From assembly GCF_009914755.1 (NCBI RefSeq), contig NC_060929.1: a stretch of 64,000 nucleotides of DNA; one strand, 5' to 3'. The notes beneath the pieces were generated by a model, which did no database searches, was not told the origin of the DNA, and worked only from the letters and a program-made list of their open reading frames with translations. Every line of letters begins with the position of its first letter. Positions within the stretch are counted from its first letter, which is position 1. Positions 15,166-33,860 of this stretch are shown here, piece by piece. The DNA is from the human T2T-CHM13v2.0 reference genome, Homo sapiens. The translations under genes were made by a program, and so were the position numbers.

Positions 15166-16074
15166 GTATAGATTTTTTTAAATAGCTTAACAGAAAGTCC
15201 TGCTGTCTGCTTTAATTGGCCACCCTAACTACAAGAGAATTTAGGGCAAGCAGTATTTTACCTGGACACATTTGCAATCCCAAATAATATAATTCACAAA
15301 TAAAAAAGAGAGACAGAGAGCACTTTGTATAGGCAACCAGCAGACCATGCCACTCTGCTAAATAGTATGAGTCTCATCAAAATGTCTATGGATTCCTAAG
15401 AAATTCCCAATGTGCTCCCATGCCTGAACTTTCCTCCGAGACAGTTTGTCTGTGGGCAAAAGGACTGTATCTCCAGAAAGCCCTTTCCCTTAAAAGACTG
15501 GCATGTTCATGCCTGAATAAAAAATTCTGCTTTATGTTTTAGGAGTATTTTCACATATCTGTTCTCTCATCTGAAGACCTACATTGGCAATGTTTAACAT
15601 CCCCTCTTGGAAATCCACTGGCATTTTTACTCAAGAGATCAGAAAAGGTACTTTTCCTCCCCGTGCTCCTCACCTCCCAACCAGCTCTTCCCTCTGACTT
15701 CCTTATTTCAAGTCAAATAGATTTTCTTCCTATAACCATAAAGAGTCTTTAATATGATAGTTTATATTGTGAAGCTCCAAAAGAAAGATTTAGACTAGAA
15801 CACTTTTCAAATGTATTTGTCCAAGGAACCCTTTTCCCCATTTATGAATTAACTCTTGGGGCAGGTGTGCTGAGCAACACATTATGGGGAAACAGCCAAC
15901 AAGCCTGGAAATGCAAAATCATCTTCAAGTTCTTACCTTTAGTGATTTCCAAGTCACCTCAGTTCTGCCACCACAAAGTCTCTCTCACCTCTCCATTCCC
16001 TCCCTTCTCTGCCTTCCATTTCAACAGCCACCGTTCCATCTTTCTCAGTATGACTTCTACCCCTGAGCTAGGGT

Positions 16075-16810
16075 GTTTGTTTCATTTATCCATTCCACAA
16101 ACCATACACCAGCAACTGGGTTGGGCACGAGGGATGTAATGGTGAACAAAGCAGTGGTCCCTGTCCTTGTGCTGCACATCCACTACAGTCCAACGAGCAT
16201 GGAGAGACAGACATCGAGTCACCCCACAGTAAGTGTCAGATGACAAGTGTGTTCACTGCTGCAGAGGAGAGGAGCAGGGTGCTATCTGGCCCTCTGGGAC
16301 AGTCCCTGGAGAGTGATGTTTGACCTGAGAGCTGAGGGATGCCTAGAAATTAATTAGGCAGATGAGAGGGAAGAGTTCACCAGGCAGAGGGGAACCTCGT
16401 GCAAGGCAGAGTTGTGGCGCAGGCAGCCTGGTGAGGAGGGCTGAAAAATGGCCCAGAAGCTGCAGGACACAGAGGAAGGCTGAAGTGGAGATAAACGAAA
16501 TGGGCCAAAAGAGTGAGGGGGGTCTTGAAAGCCTTGGTAAGAATTTTAATCTTTAGCCTCTAAACCTGGGAGAGACTTATCACCATTTCCACTTTGAAAA
16601 GATGGCTTTGTCCACTATATGGAGGATGTGGGACTGTAAACAGGCAAGGACGGATGCACAGAGACCACATGCAGGTCATTGCAAGCCTCCAGGTCAGTGA
16701 TGGTGGCTTGAGCCAGAGAGGGTTATGGCTATGGAGAAACATGGACAGATCCTAGTGGCATCTAAGAGATAAAACCAACAGGACATTGGATCGGATTGAA
16801 TTAGGTTATC
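16075..16810 (-). mobile_element. L2 (L2a-like)
   Basis: TTCATTTATCCATTC...GGTGAACAAAGCAG...GATGGTGGCTTGAGCCAG. Confidence 0.8.
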
Positions 16811-18149
16811 TGTGGATAGGCCTCATTGTCACTAAGATTTTAAATTCCTTGAACACAAAAATCTGTATCTTGCTTATGTCTTGGTTTATCACACTGAATG
16901 GCAAACCTCATATTTAGCAGGAGAAGGCTGCTAAATGTGTTGAAGTGATTATTCACAATGAATATTCAACCTACAGAGAGCAAAGGTCTAAGAAATCTAC
17001 CCCAAATAGGTACATTTTGATGCAGAAAAGAAAAGGGACACATCCCACCCTGCCAGACAGTCCCTGAGGAGGGCCAACTGAGTTGGCTACCACCGAGGAG
17101 CATGTCTGGGCCTATCATGGGGACACAAAAGGCAACGTTATCTCCCCCCTGCTGTACTTGATAGCACAGACATGGAACCACTCTGTGTCAGGAATGTGAT
17201 AATGATCATGTTCCTAATGCATTAGGGAGACAGACAAAGCCCTACTGAAGCACACAGCTGCAACTATAGAAGAAGACTCGAAGGCCTTTCTTCAAATTAA
17301 CATTCTGCAACACAGAGCAATTGCTGGGCCATTTCAATTCATTTGGCAATTATTGTTCTTAGATGTTGGTTGTACCTAAAAATTGGAAAAAATAAACGAA
17401 CCCACAAACAGTAGTCTAAAGAGCTTTTGAAGTAATTGCTGTAGTTCAACACTTAATGTGGACACCGAATAATGGTCAGCATGATCCACCTCTCTTGTGA
17501 AGACTGGAAATAAAGAAACATTTTGTTCCAGCCACAAACAGTTGATTTGTTATCCCTGCCCGAGATGCTAAAGAAAGTTCTACGCTCGGGGTTCAATCCT
17601 TGCCATTTTCTTCCGTGGTGAAGTGATGGTCCGTCAGAAACAAAGGCCTCCTTGTCCTCATTTGTCTCCTTTTTAACTCTAAGAAACATTAGTGTTCTCC
17701 CCAAATCTTGGTCACTGACCCCACACCATCATTACAGCCCAATCTGAAACTTGTCTAGAGTTCAATGGCTTGCACCCACGTGATACACTTAGAAATAGAA
17801 AAAGATTGTCTTTGAAACACCACAATGCCATCAAAGCCTGTGCTGCTTTGTAAGTGATCAGACAGCACAGGAACAGCGATGGAATGGGAGAATTGTGAAA
17901 CAGTAACTGGTCATGGCATAAGAGGAGGAAAAGGCAATGCCTGAGGGGAATTGCTGCTGCTAAGTCAGGACATTTTTCTTTTCCTTTGCTCTGCATTTTC
18001 ATTAGTTGCTGTCTGGATCTGAAAAGGTCATAGGCCTAATTATACCTATGGATGCTACATAATAGCAGCATTGACATGGTGCCCAATGACCCATCAGGGA
18101 GCCCCTCCCCACCAGCCTGGAAGTTCTCAAACCAATTAAGTCAAAAAAT

Positions 18150-18475
18150 CCATGAAATGTGGATGATATTAAAGAACTATTATTGAAATTTTTAAGGCAT
18201 GATAATGATACTGTGGGCATGTTCAAAAAGGAGAGAAAGAAAGAGTCATAGCTCTTAGAGATACACAGTAAAGTATCTACAGATTAAATAATATGATGTC
18301 TGGGAGGTGCATCGAGATAATCCTGTTAGGGATGGGGAGAGAGGGGTGGAGAGTAAATGAAGCGCTGTCTGCTCCTGTGAATCACTGCTGATGCTGGAGG
18401 ATGGGCAGATGGGGTCAGTATACTATGCTCTACTTGTGTATGTGTTTGAAATTTTCCAGGATTAAAAGGTTTTAA
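18150..18475 (+). mobile_element. Old L1 (L1MC/L1ME-type) 3' UTR fragment
   Basis: TTAGAGATACACAGTAAAGTAT...ATGATGTCTGGGA...TATGTGTTTGAAATTTTCCA. Confidence 0.7.
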
Positions 18476-19248
18476 AATATCCTAGGCATTTTCTTCTTTT
18501 TTTCAGAGACCCCTAAGAAAGCCAGGCTTTGACACCCAGAAATCCCCTTTCTTGAGGCCAGGAAACCAATATAAATGTGTTTGTGTTACTGCATGATCTT
18601 TGTGTTTCTCAGCCATTCAATGTTGCACTCTTTGCCCTCAAAGGAGGGCAGGAAAGCTAGAAATGAGGTGGAGACCCACTCTCACTCCATAAAAATATGG
18701 GTCACGTTAACATTTTTTTCCTCACTTCTAATTGCATGTGCCCCACGGCCTGCCAGATGTTAGCCAACCGATTCGTTTCAGGGGAATTTATGAAATTCTA
18801 CTACTGTCCTCATCAGACACAAGGTGCTGTGGGTCATACACTCTAAACAGGAACAAAGCTGTTATCTGGTTCTGAATTCCATGTTCAGAATAGCTGCCCC
18901 TCAGAAGCTATATCCACAGTCTCCCTAGAAAACTTGCCCTGTTTGGAGTTTAAGGATTTCTTGGCCCAGAAATCCAGCTCTTGAAGTTCCTCTTAGATGG
19001 CTCAGTTCTCAGCCTTCTTCGTCTCCTTTCGCAGCAAGAGACTGATCGGTCTTCTGGAATTTTCCTCCCACCCTTCTGGCTTGTCCTTCTCCTGCAGAGC
19101 GGCGCAGGACAACCTCCTTCAGAGCTCCTGCTACTGCCACCGTCCCAGCAGACACCGCCTCTGTCTGACCAGGCACTCTCCTCACCCAAATCAAGCAGGA
19201 GCACAAAGTATTGGTGCCTTCTGTGTAACCAAAGCCCTCCTAAGTCCT

Positions 19249-19375
19249 GGAAGAAGGAAAGGAGGAGAGTGGGAGGGAGAAATAGAGAGAGAAAGAGATG
19301 AAAGGGGCAAGAAGAGGAAGAGCAGGAGGAGGGGAAGGAGGGAAGAAGAGAAGGAAGAGAAAAAGGAAGCAAAAA
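19249..19375. repeat. GA-rich low-complexity (polypurine) tract
   Basis: About 125 bp composed almost entirely of G and A. Confidence 0.9.
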
Positions 19376-19532
19376 TGACTTCATAATAACCATCTTCCTT
19401 GTCTGCAGGACATGAGATTACTTTTTTCCAGAAAATATCTTCCTCAGATTGGCCAATACAGAAACTACAAGAGAGAAAGAACTAAGCCTGATTTTCAAGA
19501 TTTTTTTCTTCTTTTTCTCTTTTCATCTTCAG

Positions 19533-20050
19533 TCACCTTGGGTTCAGAAGCTATTTCTGTAAGCTGCATCAGCTGGACTTGGACCATATGGCGGAGGCAG
19601 CATCTACATTTGATGATTCAATTGACCCGGCGGATGACTAGATCGTTTTAAAAGCCCTTTGCGTTCTCGCAGGTCGTTTGTCTATATCAGATGCAAAAGG
19701 AAGCGCTGTAGCCACCTCAAATAGCCCTGGAATGCTCTCTCAAATGGGCTGGACTCCGTGATTTGTCAAGGAAAATTGGACATTACCTGGTAAAGTTCTT
19801 CCTAAACCATGGGCCCAGATGTCTGCTTGACAAATGTCCCTTATGCTTGTTTCAATTTAAAGAGTGTGGTTAAAAGACTTTGGCATGATTTATTTTTTAG
19901 TTTGGCGTATTGGTGGAGTGGAGGGAAGGGGGCAGAAATTATATGGCAATTTAAAACGTAACAGATTTTGCTTGGCACTCTTTAGTGGGAATGTGAAATC
20001 AAATACAGTAGCAAAGTCATCTGTCAGGGGCAACTTGCTCTGAGGTCCAA
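19533..20050. promoter_or_regulatory. Candidate conserved non-coding or enhancer element
   Basis: Repeat-free; 9 CpGs in 19590-19760 at moderate GC; E-boxes CAGCTG and CATATG, TGATTTAT (PBX-HOX type), TGACA/TGTCA, TGTGGTT (RUNX). Conservation is inferred, not observed. Confidence 0.4.
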
Positions 20051-20715
20051 GAGAAACTCCTTAAAAATCTATAAGTCATTGAGGTAAGAAATAAGTGACA
20101 TTTTCATTCCTTCCATTCCTCATGTCTTAGGGATATAAGATGCAAGGAATGAGATCTTGACTTGTAAATCATGGTGACCAGCTGTTAAATCTAAGACAAG
20201 GCACTAGGTTAGCCTGTGTGTTCAGCTTGGTTCTAGTTTTCTCTCACCCCACTCTCTCTCACCTCCCAGACTTCTCAAGCCCTGTAGGCTTGTTATACAC
20301 CTTAATTTATCTTGGTAAGGAAGACATAATGGAAAATTGTTAAGGCTTGAAGGAATTACAAGAAAACGGTCATCTGAAAGATTAAACATAGTCATGCCTT
20401 CTTTTTTGAACTTGTGATAAAACTTGTGACAAATGAGGGTGGGGCGAGGGGGAAGGAATTGAATTAAACCAGAAAGTTTTTCTCATACTGAAAAAAATAT
20501 GTTTTTTGTTTTTCAATTTTTTGACTTTTTTTTTGGTGAATGTGATTCAACATTGGCATCTGCTTGAAAGATGTTTAATAACCTGAAGGTACAACTAAGA
20601 AGATAAATTCCAGGCTGTTTATGTTCCTTGCACCTAAATGAAGTCAGGTTGTATAGGTTTACCTAGAGTACAAAGGAAAATCAGCACAAATGCGGCCTTG
20701 AGTCTTATTTAGAGT

Positions 20716-20895
20716 AGTGTTTGTATGTGTACATGTGTATATATGTGTGCACAAAGGTGTGTGAGAGTGTGTATGTGGAGGGGCACATGCATGTGAGTGT
20801 GTATTTGTATATCTGTTTGTATTGTGAATGTGTGTGCATGTATGTGTGTGCACATGTGAGTGTGTGTGCATGTGTACATATGTGTGTATGTGTGT
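20716..20895. repeat. Degenerate (TG)/(TATG)-type simple repeat
   Basis: About 180 bp of alternating purine-pyrimidine sequence. Confidence 0.9.
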
Positions 20896-21898
20896 TGGAG
20901 GGGTGTCATGGGAATGTAAGGAGAGGAGTAAGAGGTTGTGTCACTCTGACCAGAGCCCTGGCCTTTTCCAATAATGTGCAGCTGGAGCCCTTCTGCTCGG
21001 AGTTCAAGGCTCCCATGTAGACCTGGAGCGTGTGCCCCCAGGGGCTGCCAGCGTGGGTCTCTGCTCCACTCAGTCTTGGGCACAGTCAAGCACAGAATCC
21101 AGGAGGGGCTGGGGCTGGGAGGAGGAGTAATTATCTCTTTCTGCCGTGTTGAAGGGCACGCTGCTATTCCATCTCCCCAAGGGCATAAGAAGGGTCTGGC
21201 TGACTCCATCTTTTTGCAGAAGGAAAAAAAATGTTATTTTAGTCAAGAAACTGACACTTTGATTTGCATTGGTTCTGGCAGGAAACTGGCAGGAAAGTAA
21301 GTTTTTACAAATGAGCAGTGGATGCTGTGGCCCTTAAAATGGCCTACAGCTGTCAGTCATTCACAGCCCCCACATCTAAATGTGGCATCCCCATGAGCAG
21401 AAATTTTATTTTTATATGTGATTACTCAGGTTCTCTGAGAATAGTAAGAGATCAAAGGGAGTCAAAGTAGTGGGTAGAAAGAAATGGAAGTCAATTGAAG
21501 TACACATGAAACTGAAGCACAAGCTGGTAAATGAATGCAGAGTCACTCTCCAAGTCCAGTCTATAGAATGAGAGTGGCCAACAGCTCCCAGGGAAAGAGA
21601 GCAGCCCCCAGGCCCATAGACAGCAGGTTCTCTTCAAGACCAGGAAGACTCTGGCTACCAGTCGTCTTATGTCTCAGGTCAAGGAGAAAAGTGTGTTCCT
21701 CTACACCCCTTTCCTCCTTCTCTCCTTGCTCTGAATGCTCTCTATGTCATATTCACCAAAATCACAGGAGATTGGCCAGCAATCCAAAATTCTAGTGTAT
21801 TACTTTAGGAATAAACATAATGGCCATTTGACCAGACTTCTCATGTTAACCTCATAGAGCCTTCTGTTCCCAGCAGGAAAATCAAAATAATAGCAGGA

Positions 21899-22227
21899 GG
21901 CCAGGCATGGTGGTTCACGCCTGTAATCCCAGCAATTTGGGAGATCAAGACGGGCAGATCACTTGAGACCAGGAGTTCAAGACCAGCCTGGCCAACATGG
22001 CAAAACCACATTTCTACTAAAAATACAAAAATTAACCATGTGTGGTGGCATGCACCTGTAAACCCAGCTACTTGGGAGCCTGAGGCACGAGAATCCTTGA
22101 ACCCAGGAGATGGAGGTTGCAGTGAGCCAAGATCATTGAGATCGTGCCACTACATTACAGCCTGGGCAACAGAGTGAGACTCTGTCTCAAAAACAACAAC
22201 AACAATAATAATAATAATAATAATAAT
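21899..22227 (+). mobile_element. AluS (Sz-like) with (AAC)n(AAT)n tail, inserted in a MIR
   Basis: Full dimer; TSD AATAATAGCAG. Confidence 0.93.
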
Positions 22228-22477
22228 AGCAGAAGCTTGCTTGATGAATAAAGTTGTTGCTAAGAGGGTTGGACTTGAGGAATATTTTTATTAAGGTATT
22301 ACAGCTTGGGAAATCATCTTTCTCCTCTAAAGGAATTCATCTGCTACTTGACCAGAGCTGGTTTGTCCTTCCCTTGAGTTTACAGCCTGGAGAACTTTAG
22401 GTACACCCCAGATCATCCTGCTGAGAAAGAAGTCAGGAATTTGAGGTACACGAACAATCTATGTAGAAAAAACTTTC

Positions 22478-22778
<301 letters not shown>

Positions 22779-22799
22779 AACTTTCTCTCTCAGAACACC

Positions 22800-23616
22800 A
22801 AATAAGAATAGACAATTCTCAAAAGAAGACACAAATGACCAACAAACATATGAAAAAATGCGCAACACTAATGATCAGAGAAATGCAAATCAAAACCACC
22901 ATATGATATCACCTCACTCCTTCAAGAATGGCCATAATCAAAAAATCAAAAAATAAGAGATGTTTTGCGGGCATGTGGTAAAAAGGGAACACTTTTACAC
23001 TGCTGTGGGAATGTAAATTAGTGCAACCGCTAGGGAAAACAGTGTGGAGATTCCTTAAAGAACTAAAAGTAGAGCTACCACTACTGGGTGTCTACCCAAA
23101 GGAAAAGAAATCACTATACAAAAAACATACTTGCACACGCATTTTTATAGCAGCACAATTTGCAATTGCAAAAATTTGGAACCAGCCCAAATGGCCATCA
23201 ATCAAGTGGATAGAAAAATTGTGGTATATACAAACCACGGAATGCTCCTGAGCCATGAAAAGGAACGAAATAATGGCATTCACAGTGACCTGGATGCAAT
23301 AGGAGACCATTATTCTAAGTGAAGTAACTCAGGAATGGAAAACCAGACATCATATGTCTTCACTCATAAGTGGGAGCTAAAAGCTATGACGATGCAAAGG
23401 CATAAGCATGATACAATAGACTCCGGGGACTCAGGGGAAAGGGTGGGACAAGGGGGAGGGATAAAAGACTGCAAATTGGGAACAGTATATACTGCTTTGG
23501 TGATGGGTGCACCAAAATCTCAGAAATCACCACTAAAGAACTTACTTATGTAACCAAACACCATCTATTCTCCAAAAACCTATGGAAATAAAAAATTAAA
23601 ATTATAAAATTTAAAA
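22800..23616 (+). mobile_element. 5'-truncated L1PB-like element (end of ORF2 plus 3' UTR)
   Basis: ORF fragments IREMQIKTT and VWRFLKELKVELP...FIAAQFAIAKIWNQPK; PB-type 3' UTR (GGGTGCACCAAAATCTCAGAAATCACCACTAAAGAAC); TSD AGAACACC. Confidence 0.92.
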
Positions 23617-23654
23617 AGAACACCGTGAGGCAAGAGTGTAGAGAATTATAATCA

Positions 23655-24333
<679 letters not shown>

Positions 24334-25099
24334 TAATTGCATATTATCTTGCTTTGGATTTATCTATTATGCTTTCTACTTAGAAATATGGGTTCCACTG
24401 ACCCACTATATTGCCAGAAATGTTCTTATCAAAGATGAACGTAATTTAAATATTCCACTGGAAAGGAGAGAAAGGACTCACCTTAACATTGCATTCCTTT
24501 TTTCTCAAAGAGAAAGTCTGTGGCCACAGTGCCCACTTGGCTGGCACCAGGAGACTTAGGTGCCTCACTCTGGGGCACGGAGGCCACAAAACCATACAAG
24601 GGGCATGGAGACCACAAAACACTGTCCTCTGAGTAGGGCCTTCATTCTACCCAGAAGCTAGGCCTTTCATCACCCAGGCCCCATTAGCTTCTGAAAAGAT
24701 TATATACATGATCTACCTCCCCCATTGCCTTGTCCTCAGCCACCTCTGCCAACTCATAATGGGGAGAACAAAACATTCTCTGGCTTTCTCCAAGTCCAGG
24801 GTAATTTTATGCAAAGCAGCTTTCTTTCCAAAGGACTATTCATTTGGGTGTCTCTGTGCATTGTTTGGTGTCCAAGGCCTTGTAACCTATGTGCTCCTGG
24901 GATAGAATTATTTTGAGTAATAGCGTATTCTTCAACTACAGATGAGGACAGGTATAGCTTCTAAAGGGGACTTAGGAGGAAAAGACTATGAAAATAGAAA
25001 TAGAAACCAAAATATCTTTTATCACAAACAAAATAGATACACCATAACCCACATGTAACTTACTACTACCTTTCCCTTGGTTCTAGAAAATAAAAATCT

Positions 25100-25860
<761 letters not shown>

Positions 25861-28800
25861 CATATTTAAATATAGATTTATTTGTAAAGAGTTCTTAAGA
25901 AATTTAATGAAATAGTATAACCTAAATTAGATGAAAATACTATATCTAACTGCAATGTCATTTTACAGCAGGAGAATCCTTTTGGCATTTACCAGTCATT
26001 TCAACAACGGAAGCAACCATTTTGTTTGGCATAGAAGAAAAGCCTGAGGCAAAGATTTAAGGGAATCAGAGGACTACATATTTTAATGAAATGAGGTTTA
26101 ACAGTCTGGTCAAATTAACAATAACCCCTCACTTGTTGAGAGCCACAAATCATTTACTAAATATGAACCTACCTACCATGCAGGCAAAAATTAACTTGCC
26201 AAGCCCAGCAGTGATTCAGCCAAAATCACTGCTCTCCTGCTAATAATGCCTTTACTAAATAATTTTCTGGTTCTCTTATGTTTATAAAGTGGAAGCAAAG
26301 AACTGAAGTCACATCTCACACAGCAGGGTAGCCAACATGCATTAGGGAAGATGAACGATTTCCATAAGGTTTTCATAAACTCTAAACTCTTCATTCAGTA
26401 TCCTGGTGTGGAATAAAATAAAAGTACGATGGATGCTATAAACACGGAGGTAACTGTTAAATTATAAAGTTTATATTCATCAGCTTATTTTTCAGCCATT
26501 CAGCTGTAAAATCTCATATTTTAAAAAATAACCCTTCTTGATAAATAAAATGATAAAGAGACATTCTGTATCAAGTTCACACTAAGGCCTGCAAAACACA
26601 AATTTAAGCTTTGCCACCCTCCTACCTTACGCCCTCCCTAAAATTGGCAGAGGGGTGAAGAAGTATTACTTATATGGTGAGTAGCCTACTTTTGAAACTC
26701 ATTTCCCCAGGGCATTGTCAAGAAAAGTTTGAATAAATTCTAAGGACAAAATGAGCATAATATTACGTGGTTGCTACAACAGCCCTATGAAATAGGCACG
26801 CTGATAATGATGTTCCCATTGCCCAGTTGCAGAAATTATGAGAAAGTGAACTTAAAAGTCCAATATTGTACAGCTAAACCCTGACACAGCCAGGGCTAGA
26901 GTCCAGGTATTGGTTGACCCTCAACCAAGGTCTCCAGAATTGTTTAAGTAAAATATCAGTTTCCTAATTGGAAAAAGGATACTTAATTCGCTAAAAATGA
27001 CATGACTGGTGATTTAATCAAGTCTTATAGAAAAGACCTCCTGCCTAGGGTGGGCCTTCAAGGTTCCTTAGAGAAGAGCAGATCCATACTTCCCCAGTTT
27101 GACTTCTACTCTTACTGTTTTGCAGGTCAGCCTTGTGCAGAAACTTCAAGTTGTATTCAAATATTTCTGGCAAGCCATTGTCATTGCCTGGAATGTTTCT
27201 ATCCAAATCATGTCAAGTCAAAACGTGGGCACCAGAAGCACATTGGAAAACAGGTGCTATCTGCTTTCTTATTTTAAGACCCACGTGCTGCCCACAGGAT
27301 CTCTGGATAAAAATTTCAATACATCTCAGAATAAGCAGCAACTTGTCTTGTTGATCCGTCTTTCAAGCTTTTCCACCAAGACGGCAATCTGCATCCTATT
27401 AGTAATGCTTCTCCAAGTCTCCCAGCGCCTAGAAATGAGAGCTTCATGACTTTGGAGAGGACTATAGCTATCTAGTGACATCACCCTTGATGCTATTCAG
27501 CAGCAGCTTTTCCTTCCCTGGAGAAGTGACTTGCACAAATGACTTGGGGCTGTTATTGCAGGATCAATGACCTGAATATATGGGTGTAAAACTCCCCTAG
27601 AGAATTGGATTCAAGAGACTTGGAGCTTCCCAAGAATCTGAAAGAAATGGCATTTAGGTTTTCATGGCCCACTAGAGCCGGTTAAAAGGTCAGAAATAAA
27701 AGGTTATTGACCTGAGAGATTTTCTTGAGAGGAGGAGGGCACCAGGACTGTGGCCCCTGGGTCCCTCCAACTCAAGGATCATAAAGGAGCCCACAGGTCA
27801 CTGACTCCAGAGAAAATGAAAGTGGAGAAACAAATGGAAAAAATCTACTCTGCATTTTACTTGATTTTTACTTGTTACTAGATGAAGTTCTGCTTTCAGA
27901 AAGAATAGACCAGCCCTGAAATAAGCTGTATCAGTCTGTTTTGGGTTTATCATCTAAATTCATATTCTTTTAATAATTCCTGCACTGGGACTTCCTGGGG
28001 TCCACACAGTTGGGTTCCTGGTCTCCAATTAAGTGAAGAACTGTGTATCTGGCTGGTTCTCTATTATCTCCTAAAAATTACCCCATTGACTTGTAACTGG
28101 GAAACAGAGCAAACAAAATCCTTCTTAGCTTTGATCAAGACAAAATGCCAATCATCTGAAACTGCATTTGAAAGGGTGAATGTGCAATAGGAAGTGAACT
28201 AGTAAACTGGGCTATGAAACTGGAGAAAAAGAAAAAAGAGAAAGTTCACCGATCAAAAAACCATCACAGCAATTAAGACAAAACATCTCCAGCCATAACA
28301 CTAGACACTCTTGTGGAAAGATTAGCCTGTAGAAAGTGCAGTTGTGTGTTTCCTTAGCATGTCTGAAAACACTCCATTTCAGAATAATCAGGAGCCTGTG
28401 AAAATGCCATTCTCCCTCACAATCCACAACAACCTGGAAATGCCCCGTTCCTGGCAATTTATTACAACCAGCCTGAGCCATTAACATGCAGCTTCATAGA
28501 CTTCTTGGAGTTTGACACTGGTTGAGCTTGTTTTTCTGGTCCCCTGGAGCAAAAAACAAGCAATAGCCAATAGTAATTTTACATTTTAAAATGTCCTTTC
28601 CGCTCCTAAACTTCTCCCCACAACCACAGTGCAATACCTGAGCTCATATTTACAGGAGAAATAGGAAAGCAGATTTGACACAGCTCAGCAGCCAACACAT
28701 CACAGTGAAACAATAAGGCCATTGGTCATGGAGAGTTGACCACCAATGACTGGACTGAGACCAGAGAACAACTTTGCACAGGCCTCGGAGCAGCCATTAA

Positions 28801-28906
28801 ATGGAAATGACTTGGAGCTGAGTGAGGCCTGAATCAAGTGACTTATTAAGGCATTTTGGTCTGTCATCGATCTCAAACATTATGGTTTCCTATGCCTTTT
28901 GATGCT

Positions 28907-32817
<3,911 letters not shown>

Positions 32818-33860
32818 TTTAGATGGCTTCTGATTAGTGCTACCTGTCCAAGGGGAAAAAAGTAAATATATTATTTGTATAGCACTACATCAAAGTATAA
32901 CAGTCATGTAGGTATAATTCCTACAGCAGCACACCTAGGAAACTCTCAGAGACAAAAGTCATTATTGTGTGTGTTCACAGCATACCTTTCTTTCCTACAG
33001 GCTTTTTAAAAAGTGGTCTTTGCTCATTTAGCTCTGCTCTCTGTACTTGTATGATGCAGAATCAGGGAAATGGAAAGAGAACTGGAGAGCAGAAGGAATG
33101 GAAGAGACAGGAAACAACAAGAGAAGAAAGGGAGCTGGATATGGGAGAGTTTTTGTTTCTTGGAGGTTGGAGTTACTTATTGGTTGGGATTTAAGGGTGC
33201 TGGAGAGAGATATAGGGAAGGACAGCTCATTTCTGTAAAGACCACCCTAAGAGTGGCTGAAATGGAAAAACAAGACTTTGAAGATAATATGGTATAAATT
33301 AAGGATGTATTTCCTTCTCTCCTTTTATGGTTTCTCTAGACAAGTTAAAAGTAAAGTTGGTATTATTCATATTTTTCTATTGAACAATGATTTATTTGAA
33401 ACACTTTGAGACTGGGCCACATGGGGCCCAAGTTATAATCAAGCCCTTGAAACCAGTACTGGCAAAAGGAAGCTCAAATAGGATCCTGTAGTCATTGCTG
33501 ATTCGGGTTCTATTCAGCAGAGACTAATTTTGCCAATATTAACCAGTCTTACTGACTGATAAGAATGACACCTACATGACTATTTTCCGTTAATGTACTT
33601 GAAAGATAAAAGTATATCAGACTAGCATCAACGATATCATTATACTAATAAAAATGTTCAATTAACCAGATGTCTATCTTTGAGTAAACAAAAGATGTAG
33701 ATGATTAACTAGACTTTTCATTTTCATCTCAATTCTTGCTGTCAGGGAGATATGGTCATTGACTCCTTCAAGTGTCAAAACTCTAGTAGGTCTGGTACAA
33801 AGCAGGCTGGTATTTCAGTAGAGAATAAACTAAGAATAAGGAGACTATGTTAAATGATGG

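Larger units (their letters stand above)
13995..15353 (-). mobile_element. Old ERVL-type LTR (LTR33-like), split by L1 and THE1 insertions
   Basis: ATTAAGATTAGGTTTACTG start and TAGGCAACCAGCAGACCATGCCAC end resemble antisense LTR33. Confidence 0.5.

Noticed and set aside
18950-19393. Overlapping 106-147 aa ORFs
   Set aside because: They stay open because of the stop-poor polypurine/polypyrimidine tract; no recognisable domain.
20659-21209. His/Thr- or Val/Cys-rich ORFs
   Set aside because: Translations of the TG/CA simple repeat.
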